A stretch of 55,610 bases of DNA from a virus (Duplodnaviria; Caudoviricetes): positions 1 through 55,610 of IMG/VR virus record IMGVR_UViG_3300032069_000013; one strand, written 5' to 3'. Below are positions 35,636 to 45,825 of this stretch, one piece after another; position 1 is the stretch's first letter; each line of letters opens with the position of its first letter. The notes below the pieces were generated by a model, which saw only the letters and a program-made list of their open reading frames with translations, was not told the origin of the DNA and made no database searches. The translations under genes were made by a program, and so were the position numbers.

Positions 35636-38434
35636 ATGGCCTATACAAACGGTATTTTCAGGCTTGATTATGTAAACGGTAGTAATGCCGCCAGAACTGC
35701 TTTAACTTCCGTTGCTGTTACAAATAATGGCGGTATTATCCGCTGCACTAAAGTAGGACATGGATTGGTTACAGGAGCGGTTGTAACGGCATCCATATTT
35801 ACTACTGTGGCATATAATACTACTCATATAATCAATCGAATCGACGATGACATATTTGAGTTATTTTCTTCCCGTGCTACGGGAACACTCGTGGTTAGCG
35901 GCACTCCGATTGCGGATGAGTATTTTAACGTAAGTACTCAAAAATTTACATTTAAGGCAAGCAGGACAGGCACCGGTGAAGTCACGATTTCCAGTGACAA
36001 TGTCCAACAAGCAAAAAACATATGTGCTGCAATAATGACGGACATACCGACAAAGGTTATTGCTTTTGTTGGTACAAGATCGCAACCATCTAATCAGTAT
36101 ACAGTAACGATAGACAATTTGGATGCTGGCACAGCAGGGAACTCGACCGTGCTTACCGAAGCGGCTACGGGAATTGCGGTTAGCGGATCAGGTACGCTGG
36201 CGGGTGGCGCTCAGGTAGCATATTCCGCAGATGACTCCGGCACTATTACTCCATTCGGCGGCAGTTCCTGGGCGGATGCGTGGCAGGATATCACCAGTGG
36301 AGCAACCGCAGCTCGCATCGCTCCGGGAGACGTAAATTGGGAAGCGAAATCGCCAGACCCGATAGGATGCGCGTCTGCTCAGTTTACGGATTTATCAAGA
36401 ACCGTAACTTTACAAGCATTGACCAGCTGTTCATTCGCAGATAATGGCAGTGGTGGAGTTAGGGTAACTAAAGCAAATCACAATATTTACAATACCGCTA
36501 TTGTAACGGTTACTCTTTCCACTGATTATAACGCTGATTGGGCGATCACTTGGATTGACGTGAATAATTTTGATTTGGTTGGGGCAACGTATGTTGCTGA
36601 TCGGTCGGGCACGGTCACACCGAAATTTACTTCAATAGTAGATAGATGCGAAACAGCTTGGACAGGTGCCAATGGTGGTGTAGTGGCTCGAACGGCAGTT
36701 GCTACAGACGGTAAAGAGGGTTCGTACTGCATGCAGATAACCGCGCCCGCGAGTCCGGCAACGACTACATTATATGCGTATTATGCAATCACATCCACTG
36801 ATTACTCAAAATATCAGAAGTTGACATTCTGGCTCAAAAATGAAGTCGCGCTCGCTGCGGGAAACTGGCGTATATGCTTGTGTTCAGACAACGCAGGAGC
36901 AACTCCGGTTGGCACCTTTGAAATACCGGCAATAGCATCACTAGGTAGATGGGTGGCTTTAACTATAGCCAGAACTAATGGAGGCAATTGTGGGAATGCA
37001 ATACAGTCAATTGCATTATATTCGTCCACTGTTGCGCCAACGGCAAGTAAGTATGTCCGCGTGGACTGTTTCAACTGTGCCACTACGGTTGGTCTCAATC
37101 AACAATCTTTAATCTCGAAATCCTCGCTGGCTAATGGAACGTATGCCAGTGAAATGTGGTTTGCTTTACAGGGTATAAGTGACAATACTTTGTATCTTGA
37201 TAACGATACCAATAATTTAGCTGGTGTCGGTAGAGGATATGCGGGAACGACTGAAATAGTACCAGCATATATAAGAGAAACGACAAAAACCGCTATGGCC
37301 GCAGCAACCTCAACTATAATTCAGGAGATTCAGGACAGCGGTACAGTGGCTGCCGGGAATATTGTTTTTCTCGGTGGGTTTAATACTAGCACATCTATTC
37401 AGGATGGAGAAACATTTTTTGACGGACAAAACGGATGGGGTTATGGTTTACAATTTAGCAACAAGTCCTTTTTGACTTTGTTCCATATTAATATGGTTAA
37501 ATATTATAATGGTTATTATATGATAACATCCGTTAATAGTAATATAACTTTTAACAGTGAAGTATCAAATAATACTATTAATAATTACGGCATAACACAA
37601 TTAACAAATTCTTACAGTTACTATATTAAAGCAACAGGAACGTCGGGTTATAATCCAGGAGTAAATTTTGGATCATATGTAGGAAATAATATCTTTGAAA
37701 GAATAGTGTCAAATAATAATATTTCTTCGGGATTACAATTTTCTGGAGCGACTGCTAATAATATTATTAAATATTTAATAGCAAGAAACAATTCATCACA
37801 AGGTGTGGACTTTAATTACGGTAGTAATAATTTTATATTAAAATATGATTCTCAGGGTAATGGAACAGGTTCTATACTTCCAGGATTTTATACGAATTAC
37901 ATCAACGATGCAACAATATCTGAAAGTACAAAGGTTATTGCTGGAACAATTTATAGAAATTACAGAATATTGCTAACTAAGATAGGCGGGGATGTAAATG
38001 ATAATAGAGTGTATACCGATGGGGGTTATGCCATTTCGCAAGCAACAATAAGACATACTGCATCGGGGCTTGCAGATCAATTCTTTGTCAACCTGACGCA
38101 TAGAACCTCGGTATATAAAGCCAGATTAAAAATCATGCCTGTCGTGTTTTGTAAAACGCCAAATAAGGCAATTACATGCAGTGTGTATATTAAAAAATCT
38201 CATGGCACGGATATAGAAGCATCTATATTCTGTCAAGGCGGACAAATTTTAGGCGTGGCTTCAGACGTTGAATCTACAGCAGTTGGTAATGATACCGATT
38301 GGGTTAAAAAATCAATTACATTTACTCCGACTGAAGTTGGAGGAGTTGAGATATATGGCCTCATCTGGTGGCTGGCTAATGCCGCAGATGAGAATGTCGT
38401 TTTTGACGATGCAGAGTGTACACAAGCAACATAA
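35636..38434 (+). CDS. Large virion fibre/spike-like protein with beta-helix region
   Basis: 932 aa, Thr/Gly/Ala-rich, Asn-ladder repeats (NN...G..F...NN), carbohydrate-binding-like C-terminus. Confidence 0.65.
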   Translation: MAYTNGIFRLDYVNGSNAARTALTSVAVTNNGGIIRCTKVGHGLVTGAVVTASIFTTVAYNTTHIINRIDDDIFELFSSRATGTLVVSGTPIADEYFNVSTQKFTFKASRTGTGEVTISSDNVQQAKNICAAIMTDIPTKVIAFVGTRSQPSNQYTVTIDNLDAGTAGNSTVLTEAATGIAVSGSGTLAGGAQVAYSADDSGTITPFGGSSWADAWQDITSGATAARIAPGDVNWEAKSPDPIGCASAQFTDLSRTVTLQALTSCSFADNGSGGVRVTKANHNIYNTAIVTVTLSTDYNADWAITWIDVNNFDLVGATYVADRSGTVTPKFTSIVDRCETAWTGANGGVVARTAVATDGKEGSYCMQITAPASPATTTLYAYYAITSTDYSKYQKLTFWLKNEVALAAGNWRICLCSDNAGATPVGTFEIPAIASLGRWVALTIARTNGGNCGNAIQSIALYSSTVAPTASKYVRVDCFNCATTVGLNQQSLISKSSLANGTYASEMWFALQGISDNTLYLDNDTNNLAGVGRGYAGTTEIVPAYIRETTKTAMAAATSTIIQEIQDSGTVAAGNIVFLGGFNTSTSIQDGETFFDGQNGWGYGLQFSNKSFLTLFHINMVKYYNGYYMITSVNSNITFNSEVSNNTINNYGITQLTNSYSYYIKATGTSGYNPGVNFGSYVGNNIFERIVSNNNISSGLQFSGATANNIIKYLIARNNSSQGVDFNYGSNNFILKYDSQGNGTGSILPGFYTNYINDATISESTKVIAGTIYRNYRILLTKIGGDVNDNRVYTDGGYAISQATIRHTASGLADQFFVNLTHRTSVYKARLKIMPVVFCKTPNKAITCSVYIKKSHGTDIEASIFCQGGQILGVASDVESTAVGNDTDWVKKSITFTPTEVGGVEIYGLIWWLANAADENVVFDDAECTQAT

Positions 38435-38443
38435 GGGAAAAAT

Positions 38444-38935
38444 ATGAATTTTAGTAGACTTATAACGAAGTATACCAGAAGTAAAGAAATCGAAGTTCAT
38501 GTAGGACTTGATGATGACAGTTCGATATTCTTGTCATTTAATCATGATCCTACTTTGCTGGAAGTGCGAAATGCAACAGCTTCCTATTGTGCGAACTATG
38601 CAGCGGATCATCAATACGACTCCACCGCAAAAGCAGAAATTGATCTGCTTGAACATAAGAAATTACTCAAGGATTTGATTGTTTATATCAAAGCCAGACC
38701 GTCCTTTACGCTCGCGCAATGGAACACGATGCTTGGTACGCGCCTGTGGTGGGAAGCTGCCATAGCAAGATATTTCGTTTATTCCCTTGCGATATTTCTG
38801 GCTCGGAATAAGGGGATATCGCTTGAGGATATGACCGAGGCAACGGTACTGAGACGCTTAAGGGATTGGATTGTCAATACGTCCATACAGGTAATTCAAA
38901 AAACAGTAACAGGGAATCCGAATAACGGGGATTAA
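38444..38935 (+). CDS. Hypothetical protein
   Basis: 163 aa in the structural operon. Confidence 0.65.
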   Translation: MNFSRLITKYTRSKEIEVHVGLDDDSSIFLSFNHDPTLLEVRNATASYCANYAADHQYDSTAKAEIDLLEHKKLLKDLIVYIKARPSFTLAQWNTMLGTRLWWEAAIARYFVYSLAIFLARNKGISLEDMTEATVLRRLRDWIVNTSIQVIQKTVTGNPNNGD

Positions 38936-40057
38936 ATGCCACTGCCAACCAGATCAGAATTACTTACTTTAGATTATTACTTTAGGGGTGAACCCTTTGT
39001 AATGATTCCGGCAGGTGCATCCGACGACCTGATGGGACTGGATTACTATTGGCGAGGAGAGCCGTTTTGTATTCCGTTGACGGCAGAAGGAACTTCAATT
39101 ACCGGAACCTGCAATACAGATTTACTCATGCTCACTACTGATATATCAGGAACTCAAACTATAAAAGCTATTTTAACTCCTAATTTGTTAATATTGACTA
39201 CCGATATATCGGGAACACAGACTATTAAAGCAATAGTCGATTTTGATTTATTAATATTATTAGCGGATATTCTCGGTAAGCAAACTATAACAGGCACCAG
39301 TAATTCCGATTTATTAATATTAACTACAGATATACATGGTACACAGACTATTGTGGGCGTTCTTTCTCCAGAGTTATTGATCTTTTTTACGTCAATCTCT
39401 GGAAAACAGATAATTACCGGAACTATCAATCCTGATTTATTAATATTTACAACTGATATAAATGGAAAGTTAGCAATTACAGGAATAAGCAATCTTGATC
39501 TTTTATTACTTACTACTGATACACATGGAAAACAAACTATTGTCGGAACTATTAATCCTGATCTTTTACCATTGACAACTAATATAAACGGAAAACAAAC
39601 GATTACCGGAATATCTGATATTGACTTATTGATTTTACGGATGTTTGCTACTGATGGTGTAGTACCTATATCGGGTATAATGGATATAGATATACTATTG
39701 CAAACAACCGATATTCTCGGTAAGCAAGCCATAACAGGTACCAGTAATCCTGATTTATTAGTTTTAACTACAGATATAAACGGTAAACAAATGATTAATG
39801 GAATTTCTAATATTGACTTATTAATCTTAAAAATGTTTGCTTCTAATTATTTAGTATTGATTACCGGAATTTGTGATATTGACTTATTGATGTTAAAAAC
39901 GGATGCTGACGGTGTTTTAAGAGCGTTTTATGATTATATTAATGTTGGTTCAGAATTAAGTAAAGAAACTAGAACAAATTCTTTATTGAATAAACAATCT
40001 CGTTTGAGATCGGCAATTATAAGACAACTTATTTTACAAGGAAAAATACATGGATGA
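38936..40057 (+). CDS. Repeat-rich structural protein (~13 x 21-aa repeats)
   Basis: TGTxNPDLLILTTDIxGKQTI repeats; duplicated LDYY(F/W)RGEPF at the N-terminus. Confidence 0.75.
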   Translation: MPLPTRSELLTLDYYFRGEPFVMIPAGASDDLMGLDYYWRGEPFCIPLTAEGTSITGTCNTDLLMLTTDISGTQTIKAILTPNLLILTTDISGTQTIKAIVDFDLLILLADILGKQTITGTSNSDLLILTTDIHGTQTIVGVLSPELLIFFTSISGKQIITGTINPDLLIFTTDINGKLAITGISNLDLLLLTTDTHGKQTIVGTINPDLLPLTTNINGKQTITGISDIDLLILRMFATDGVVPISGIMDIDILLQTTDILGKQAITGTSNPDLLVLTTDINGKQMINGISNIDLLILKMFASNYLVLITGICDIDLLMLKTDADGVLRAFYDYINVGSELSKETRTNSLLNKQSRLRSAIIRQLILQGKIHG

Positions 40058-40685
40058 TTCAAACGAATTTGTCGGTATAGATCAACCGCTGAAATTAATC
40101 ATTCCTACCGGAATAGATATTTCTTCTTATACCGATATTAGTGTAAAAATAAAAAATATTAATTCTACTGTAATTACAATATTTTCTCCTCCAGATGTGG
40201 AAATGGATAGCACGGATCATACAATAGTAAATGCTTATATTGATGGAGGTTTTCTCGAAGAAGGACGGTATATAGGACAAGTTTTTGTCTATTTTACCGA
40301 TCCTGTTAATCCGTATCCCGGTAGACCTTTTGTATTTACTGTCAGTGACGAACTCATTATAACTTTACTTGAGAGAGTTAAATCTGAAGCTTATATAGGA
40401 ATAACTCATAACAATCACGATTCTGCTATACAAACAATAGTGGATGGAATAATTTTATCGGCTATTGACTATATGGACGATGAGGATATTACACAGGAAA
40501 GTGAAATACCGGAAGGCATTATACATCGGCTATTAAAACAAGTAGCTTATGAATATAGACGTAGAAAGGATTCCGGTTTATCATCGGTAGTATATCCGGA
40601 CGGAAGTGTAAGTAAATTCTCGATAGATGAATGGTTGCCGGATGTTAAAGATGCTTTAAACAGACATAAGGTATACACGCTATGA
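40050..40685 (+). CDS. Head-tail connector (gp6-like C-terminus) with N-terminal beta domain
   Basis: LERVK..YIGIT...HDSAI, LKQVAYEYRRR..SGLSS....DGS, L.DVK.AL..HK. Confidence 0.65.
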   Translation: MDDSNEFVGIDQPLKLIIPTGIDISSYTDISVKIKNINSTVITIFSPPDVEMDSTDHTIVNAYIDGGFLEEGRYIGQVFVYFTDPVNPYPGRPFVFTVSDELIITLLERVKSEAYIGITHNNHDSAIQTIVDGIILSAIDYMDDEDITQESEIPEGIIHRLLKQVAYEYRRRKDSGLSSVVYPDGSVSKFSIDEWLPDVKDALNRHKVYTL

Positions 40686-40840
40686 GCGATTTATATTTAT
40701 TGACTTTAAAGACAGGTGGAATAAACTTCTATACCGAAGAGGAAGCCGAAGAATTGAAGGAAAATGATTTACTATTAATACCTGAAAATGACGGAAAGGC
40801 TTTGACACAACAAGATATTTTCGGAGAAGATTATGAGTAA
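40682..40840 (+). CDS. Small acidic hypothetical protein (52 aa)
   Basis: ATGA-coupled; manual translation MSDLYLLTLKTGGINFYTEEEAEELKEND... Confidence 0.45.
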   Translation: MSDLYLLTLKTGGINFYTEEEAEELKENDLLLIPENDGKALTQQDIFGEDYE

Positions 40841-41429
40841 TGTAGAAGAAACCAAGAAAAAACTTCTCGATCTGGTAAAGAAAATGATTCAAGCTACTAT
40901 AGATACTATAGATAAAGATATGCCCTTATGGAGCACATATATTTTACAAAATCATTTGACAGGAGGAACTTCATCAACCAGATTAAAGAAAGTTACCGGA
41001 AGATTATCCGGTTCAATGCGTCCTTTACCTACTAAATTAAAATCGGACGGAATTTACGGAGGTCTGGAATTTGGCACTAGGTATGCAGGTATACATATAG
41101 GCAGAATGGGAGACGTAACGACTATAAGATCGAACAGACCTGGAGGATATCTTGCTATACCTTTAGAAGCTGCAAAGACGACAACAGGAAGAACTCGCGC
41201 GGCTCCTCGTGATCCGATGTGGGGAAGTACTTTTATAGCCAAAGGTATTATTTTCGGATATAAAGGAGGAAAAGTAAAAACTGCCGGAAAGATTAGAGAT
41301 ATTGTACCTTTATTTAAACTGAAAAAATCCGTTCGGGTGCCTGTGCGCGTGGACGCTTTAAAATTAGTACAGTGGATAAAACCTAAACTGGAAAAGGATT
41401 TATCAGAGGCTATTTACAATGTCCATTAA
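40833..41429 (+). CDS. Neck / tail-completion protein
   Basis: TGRLSGS, TRYAGIH, YLAIPL motifs; position. Confidence 0.6.
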   Translation: MSNVEETKKKLLDLVKKMIQATIDTIDKDMPLWSTYILQNHLTGGTSSTRLKKVTGRLSGSMRPLPTKLKSDGIYGGLEFGTRYAGIHIGRMGDVTTIRSNRPGGYLAIPLEAAKTTTGRTRAAPRDPMWGSTFIAKGIIFGYKGGKVKTAGKIRDIVPLFKLKKSVRVPVRVDALKLVQWIKPKLEKDLSEAIYNVH

Positions 41430-41877
41430 ATCGGAAATCAGAGATATAGTTTACGTCATGCTTGAGAATATGGATTATTATAATTCTATTATTAATTATC
41501 CTTTTGACAATTCTGAGTTTGAAACATTGAAATTTCCGGCTTGTTTGTTTGAATTGACAGAGAATAATTGCGAAAATAGAAACAGAGTTTTGAATATTTC
41601 AATTACGCTTGATTTTGAACTATGGATAGAAATAACCGAAGCCTTAAAAGAGAATATTTATAAAAGTGCGGATGCGGTAGATTCCGCTTTATATACTGCT
41701 GTTATTTCCTCGGCAGGAGACAGAGTAAATGGTTTAGGAAAATACATACAAAAAATAGAAAGAGGAAATGTAGAATATCTGAGTCCCGATCATCAATTCA
41801 TAGTTATCAAAGTAAGCTATCCAATAAATTTTCTTACAAAATATACGGACTTGACTACAAATAATTTAACAACCTAA
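41419..41877 (+). CDS. Tail terminator-like protein
   Basis: 152 aa, FPA motif, directly before the tail tube gene. Confidence 0.5.
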   Translation: MSIKSEIRDIVYVMLENMDYYNSIINYPFDNSEFETLKFPACLFELTENNCENRNRVLNISITLDFELWIEITEALKENIYKSADAVDSALYTAVISSAGDRVNGLGKYIQKIERGNVEYLSPDHQFIVIKVSYPINFLTKYTDLTTNNLTT

Positions 41878-41889
41878 TAGGAGGTTTTT

Positions 41890-42687
41890 ATGAGTAATTA
41901 CTCACCGAACGTAAACAATTATCAAGTAGCGAAAGGAGTTTTATATTTTGATCGTTATGATGATAATGGAGACTTAACCGGAGAACTTGACCTGGGAAAC
42001 GATCCTTCTTTTGCTCTTTCTCCGAATATTGAAAACCTGGAACATTTCTCTTCCAGAGACGGAATCAAAAGGAAGGATAAGGTCGCAGTCATTCAAGCTT
42101 CAGTCAATGGTAAGTTTACCCTTGACGAAATAAACTATGACAATCTGGCTTTGATTTTCATGGGCGGTGATACATCTTATTTTACACAGACCGGAGCGAC
42201 TGTAACGAATGAAGCTATAACTGCCCATGTAGGAAAGCATGTAAAACTTCAGTATCGTAAATTAACGGACGGTACTGTAGTTATTACCGATTCTACCGGA
42301 ATGACTACTTATATAGAGGATACTGATTATTCAGTAGACTATACAACCGGCAGGATCAAGGCTATTGTCGGAGGGAATATTACCGAAGGAGAAGATTTAT
42401 TTGTCGATTATACCTATGAATCTTGTTCTTATCCGGTGGTCAATATTGCGGATAGTCCCGAAATTACCGGGTTGTTACGTTTCAAGGGTGACTGTACTCT
42501 TGGGTATGACTTTGAGATCGTGCTCTGGAAAATAAAACTCACGCCGACTGGTGATGTGAATTTCATTAGTGAAGGATGGAACCAGGTGGAATTTAACTTT
42601 GAAGGTCTTGATGATACGGCGAATCACCCGACAAGTCCCTGGGGACAGATTATCGACATTGAAGGTGACACTGTGGTGGTATCATAA
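41890..42687 (+). CDS. Major tail tube protein
   Basis: G.LYFD, DLGN, LEHFSSR.G...KD, TLDEIN..NLAL, L.PTGD..FIS..W. Confidence 0.75.
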   Translation: MSNYSPNVNNYQVAKGVLYFDRYDDNGDLTGELDLGNDPSFALSPNIENLEHFSSRDGIKRKDKVAVIQASVNGKFTLDEINYDNLALIFMGGDTSYFTQTGATVTNEAITAHVGKHVKLQYRKLTDGTVVITDSTGMTTYIEDTDYSVDYTTGRIKAIVGGNITEGEDLFVDYTYESCSYPVVNIADSPEITGLLRFKGDCTLGYDFEIVLWKIKLTPTGDVNFISEGWNQVEFNFEGLDDTANHPTSPWGQIIDIEGDTVVVS

Positions 42688-42689
42688 TT

Positions 42690-43043
42690 ATGAATCTAAC
42701 TGGCGAAAAGGTGGGAGAACTTTTAGTAAAGCCGTGGACTTGGGGCAAAGTAGAACAACTTGCTCCAAGTCTTTCCAGACTATATTCTAAATGTAAATCG
42801 AATAATGTCACTATAACCGACATACAAAGTGTATTATCCAGACCTGAATTTTTGATTGAAATAATGCCGGAAATTACCGAGATTATTTCTATTACTGTAA
42901 ATGAAACACAGGAAGTAGTAAAAGAAAAAGGATTGGACGAAATTCTTATTGTCGTATTGAAAATATTCGAGCAGAATATAGGGTACTTAAAAAACTTATC
43001 AAGCCCGATTCAAACGATACTGGAGAAATTGGTGATAGTTTGA
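42690..43043 (+). CDS. Tail assembly chaperone (G)
   Basis: Between tube and tape measure; in-frame A AAA AAC slippery site at 42989-42995. Confidence 0.75.
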   Translation: MNLTGEKVGELLVKPWTWGKVEQLAPSLSRLYSKCKSNNVTITDIQSVLSRPEFLIEIMPEITEIISITVNETQEVVKEKGLDEILIVVLKIFEQNIGYLKNLSSPIQTILEKLVIV

Positions 43044-43348
43044 TTCGGGCTATTGCTTTACTGATAGCTCAAGGACATTCTTATCATGATATTATATGGG
43101 AATACCCTATAGATTTATTTTATGATCTGTATGAACAGTGTTTGTTAATGGAGATACAAAGAAACAAACAACTAGCAATCACGTACAGATTAGCAAGGTT
43201 TGCCGATAATAAAGATTTTAAAGAATACGTGTCCGATAACAGAGTTTCTCTAAAACCAAAGAAAAAGAAATTGACAAAAGAAGAACATAAACAGAACGCA
43301 ATGAATTTAAAAAGGATGTTTGTACGGCTGCTGACCAAAAAGAAATAG
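42992..43348 (+). CDS. Tail assembly chaperone T segment (via -1 frameshift, G-T fusion)
   Basis: The -1 frame is open from 42992 through TTG 43040 to TAG 43348. Confidence 0.7.
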   Translation, partial: KLIKPDSNDTGEIGDSLIRAIALLIAQGHSYHDIIWEYPIDLFYDLYEQCLLMEIQRNKQLAITYRLARFADNKDFKEYVSDNRVSLKPKKKKLTKEEHKQNAMNLKRMFVRLLTKKK

Positions 43349-45825
43349 CAAAACTCATTCTCAGTATCGAAGCGCAACTCGGTACTTTCAAAGGTCAATT
43401 GAAAGAGGCGGGTGTTGATTTAGATACTTTAGGAAAAAAGGCGGGAGAAGCAAAACAGAAAATGAGTATCTTCGCGGATACTTATAAAGCTTTCCTTGCG
43501 GTACAAGCTACTATCGCAGTGGCTCAGAGATTGTATAATCGTATTGTCGGAGATTCGGTAGAACTTTACAAAGAACAAGTAAAGGCATTGTCTAATTTAC
43601 GCACGGTTCTCGGATATACCTCTACATCTTTATTGACACAATCTAAAATATTATCGGAACAAACAGCAATTGATGATGAAACAATTGTAACTATATATTC
43701 AGTAATCGGAGCATTTACTAAAGAGGAAAGTGTAATAAAAAGATTGACTCCGGCAATACTCGATTTTGCGAAAGCGCACAAGGATATGTCGCCGGAAACC
43801 GCTGCACAATTATTTACAAAAGCTGTATTTTCTTCTACCGATGCATTAAGCAGGTATGCTATAAAATTAGACGGTGCTGTCGGAAGCGAAGAACGCATTA
43901 ATGATGCTATTAAAAAGAGCACGGCTTTATGGGGAGGTTTGAGCCAAGCCTTTGCAAAAACCGACGTCGGAAGTTTACAAGGAATACAAATAAAAATTGA
44001 CAATATAAAAAAAACCATAGGACAGAAAATAATTCCGTATCAAGTAGAATGGAATGAGTTAATATTAAAAGCATATACATTTTTAAATAAAATTCTATCA
44101 TTAATGGATACTAAAGGATATTCTAAAGAAGAACAAAAACAATACAAACAAATATTTGATGTAATACCTAATATAGAAGATACTCAAAAACGTAAAGAGG
44201 CTTATTTAAAGGTATTATCCGATCTACAAAAAGAAGAAAAAGACATACAAAATAAACTAAAGATCACTACACAAATAGCTCCTTCCACTGGCGAACAATG
44301 GGCTACTAGATTAAAATCAGAAGAGAAGATTGAAAAAGATGTACTAGAAAACAGATTAAAAACTATTAAAGAATATCAAAACAAAATAAATGAAGAAGTA
44401 AAACCGAGAACTCCTGTGACTGTTCCTCCAGCGGGTGATCCTGAAAAAAAGAAACAGGAAATTCAAGTTAGGGATTTACGTTTATTTGAAGAAAAAATAA
44501 AATCTATTTTACTTGATATAGAAGAAGATTACAGAACCAACAGGAAAAATTTAGAACAGTATTATGATTCTCTTTTAGCAAGAACTAAGGATTTGTACGA
44601 AGGACAGATAAGAGCAGCGGAAGAGTATAAAAATAAACTAATCAAAGTAGGAGAAGATAAAGATAAAATAGAAAAGGCCGAAATGGACATAATGGTCAAG
44701 CAAGCCGAAATGAATAATAAGTTAAAAGAAATCAGAATAGAGAAAGCAAAAGCCATAGATAAAGAAACGGAAGCTATTAAAAAATTACAAGAAGCGGCGA
44801 TAGAAGATTTAAAAACAGAAAGAGAACGGGCTAATATTGAAGCATCTAAGATTAATCTTTCTCCTGAGAAAAAGGGTATAGACAAAGAACTTCAAGACAT
44901 AAAAAATAAATATGACAATAATATAAAAGTGTTTAATGATCTTCAATTGCTTTACGAGAAAGATAGCGAAGAATATAAAAAGGCTGAACAAAGTAAACTA
45001 ACAGCAACTCAATTATATTTAGCCGAAAAAGCAGAAATTGAGAAAAAATATTCCGATGAAGAAAAACAAAGAATCCAAGAAGCGTCTTTATATATAACCA
45101 AAACTCTTCTTTCTGCCTGGTCAACTTATTTTGACGTGCGTTTAAATAATTTAGAGAAGCAAAAAAATTCAGAAATCAATTATACAAAATCAACTATCAC
45201 CGATAAAGAAAAACAACAAAAAGCCATAGAACAGATAAATGCTAGATATGAAGCGGAAGCGCGAAAAATGGCAGAGAAGAAAAGAAAGATTGCTATTATC
45301 GAAGCCACCATTGATATGTTTGCTTCTGCTGTTGCCGCTTATAGGGCTTTTATGGGCATAGATATTATAGGCCCTGCATTAGGCGCTGCTGCTGCCGCTG
45401 CCGCGCTTGCTTTCGGAGCAATGAAGATCACTGCAATAGCTTCTGCCCAATATTTTGAAGGCGGTAAAGTATCCGGTCGCCAGGGACGGGACAAGGTAAA
45501 TGCAAAACTTACCGTTGGTGAATACGTACAAAGTAAACCGGCAGTAGATTATTATGGTGAAGGAGCAATGGAAGCGCTTAATAAAAGACTCATCCCTAAA
45601 AATCTTTTCAGAAATTATTCCGGTTTGCTGCCTTCTTTTCCAGGGAGATTTTTAAATTCAGGAGGCATGGTTTCTTCCAGAGATAAGGAAACTACTTTAC
45701 AGATAAATAATATTGTAGATTCAAACTTGATAGGACACTATATCAATTCTTCTGCCGGACAAGATGTAATTTTAAATGTGATTTCTAATAATCAGTATAC
45801 TATAAAAAGGAATCTTCAATTATGA
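43324..45825 (+). CDS. Tape measure protein
   Basis: >800 aa helical/coiled-coil, Ala-rich GPALGAAAAAAALAFG, GGKV.G..G.D.V.A.LT.GEYV; the frame is open upstream of TTG 43399 to ACG 43324 behind an AAAGGA RBS (start uncertain). Confidence 0.85.
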   Translation, partial: TAADQKEIAKLILSIEAQLGTFKGQLKEAGVDLDTLGKKAGEAKQKMSIFADTYKAFLAVQATIAVAQRLYNRIVGDSVELYKEQVKALSNLRTVLGYTSTSLLTQSKILSEQTAIDDETIVTIYSVIGAFTKEESVIKRLTPAILDFAKAHKDMSPETAAQLFTKAVFSSTDALSRYAIKLDGAVGSEERINDAIKKSTALWGGLSQAFAKTDVGSLQGIQIKIDNIKKTIGQKIIPYQVEWNELILKAYTFLNKILSLMDTKGYSKEEQKQYKQIFDVIPNIEDTQKRKEAYLKVLSDLQKEEKDIQNKLKITTQIAPSTGEQWATRLKSEEKIEKDVLENRLKTIKEYQNKINEEVKPRTPVTVPPAGDPEKKKQEIQVRDLRLFEEKIKSILLDIEEDYRTNRKNLEQYYDSLLARTKDLYEGQIRAAEEYKNKLIKVGEDKDKIEKAEMDIMVKQAEMNNKLKEIRIEKAKAIDKETEAIKKLQEAAIEDLKTERERANIEASKINLSPEKKGIDKELQDIKNKYDNNIKVFNDLQLLYEKDSEEYKKAEQSKLTATQLYLAEKAEIEKKYSDEEKQRIQEASLYITKTLLSAWSTYFDVRLNNLEKQKNSEINYTKSTITDKEKQQKAIEQINARYEAEARKMAEKKRKIAIIEATIDMFASAVAAYRAFMGIDIIGPALGAAAAAAALAFGAMKITAIASAQYFEGGKVSGRQGRDKVNAKLTVGEYVQSKPAVDYYGEGAMEALNKRLIPKNLFRNYSGLLPSFPGRFLNSGGMVSSRDKETTLQINNIVDSNLIGHYINSSAGQDVILNVISNNQYTIKRNLQL

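Noticed and set aside
39154-39732. 192-aa minus-strand repeat ORF and other minus-strand ORFs in the track
   Set aside because: Antisense shadows of well-supported + strand genes, without recognisable motifs.
45381-45410. GCT/GCC repeat as a third AGC-type array
   Set aside because: 3-nt periodic poly-Ala codons inside the tape measure gene.
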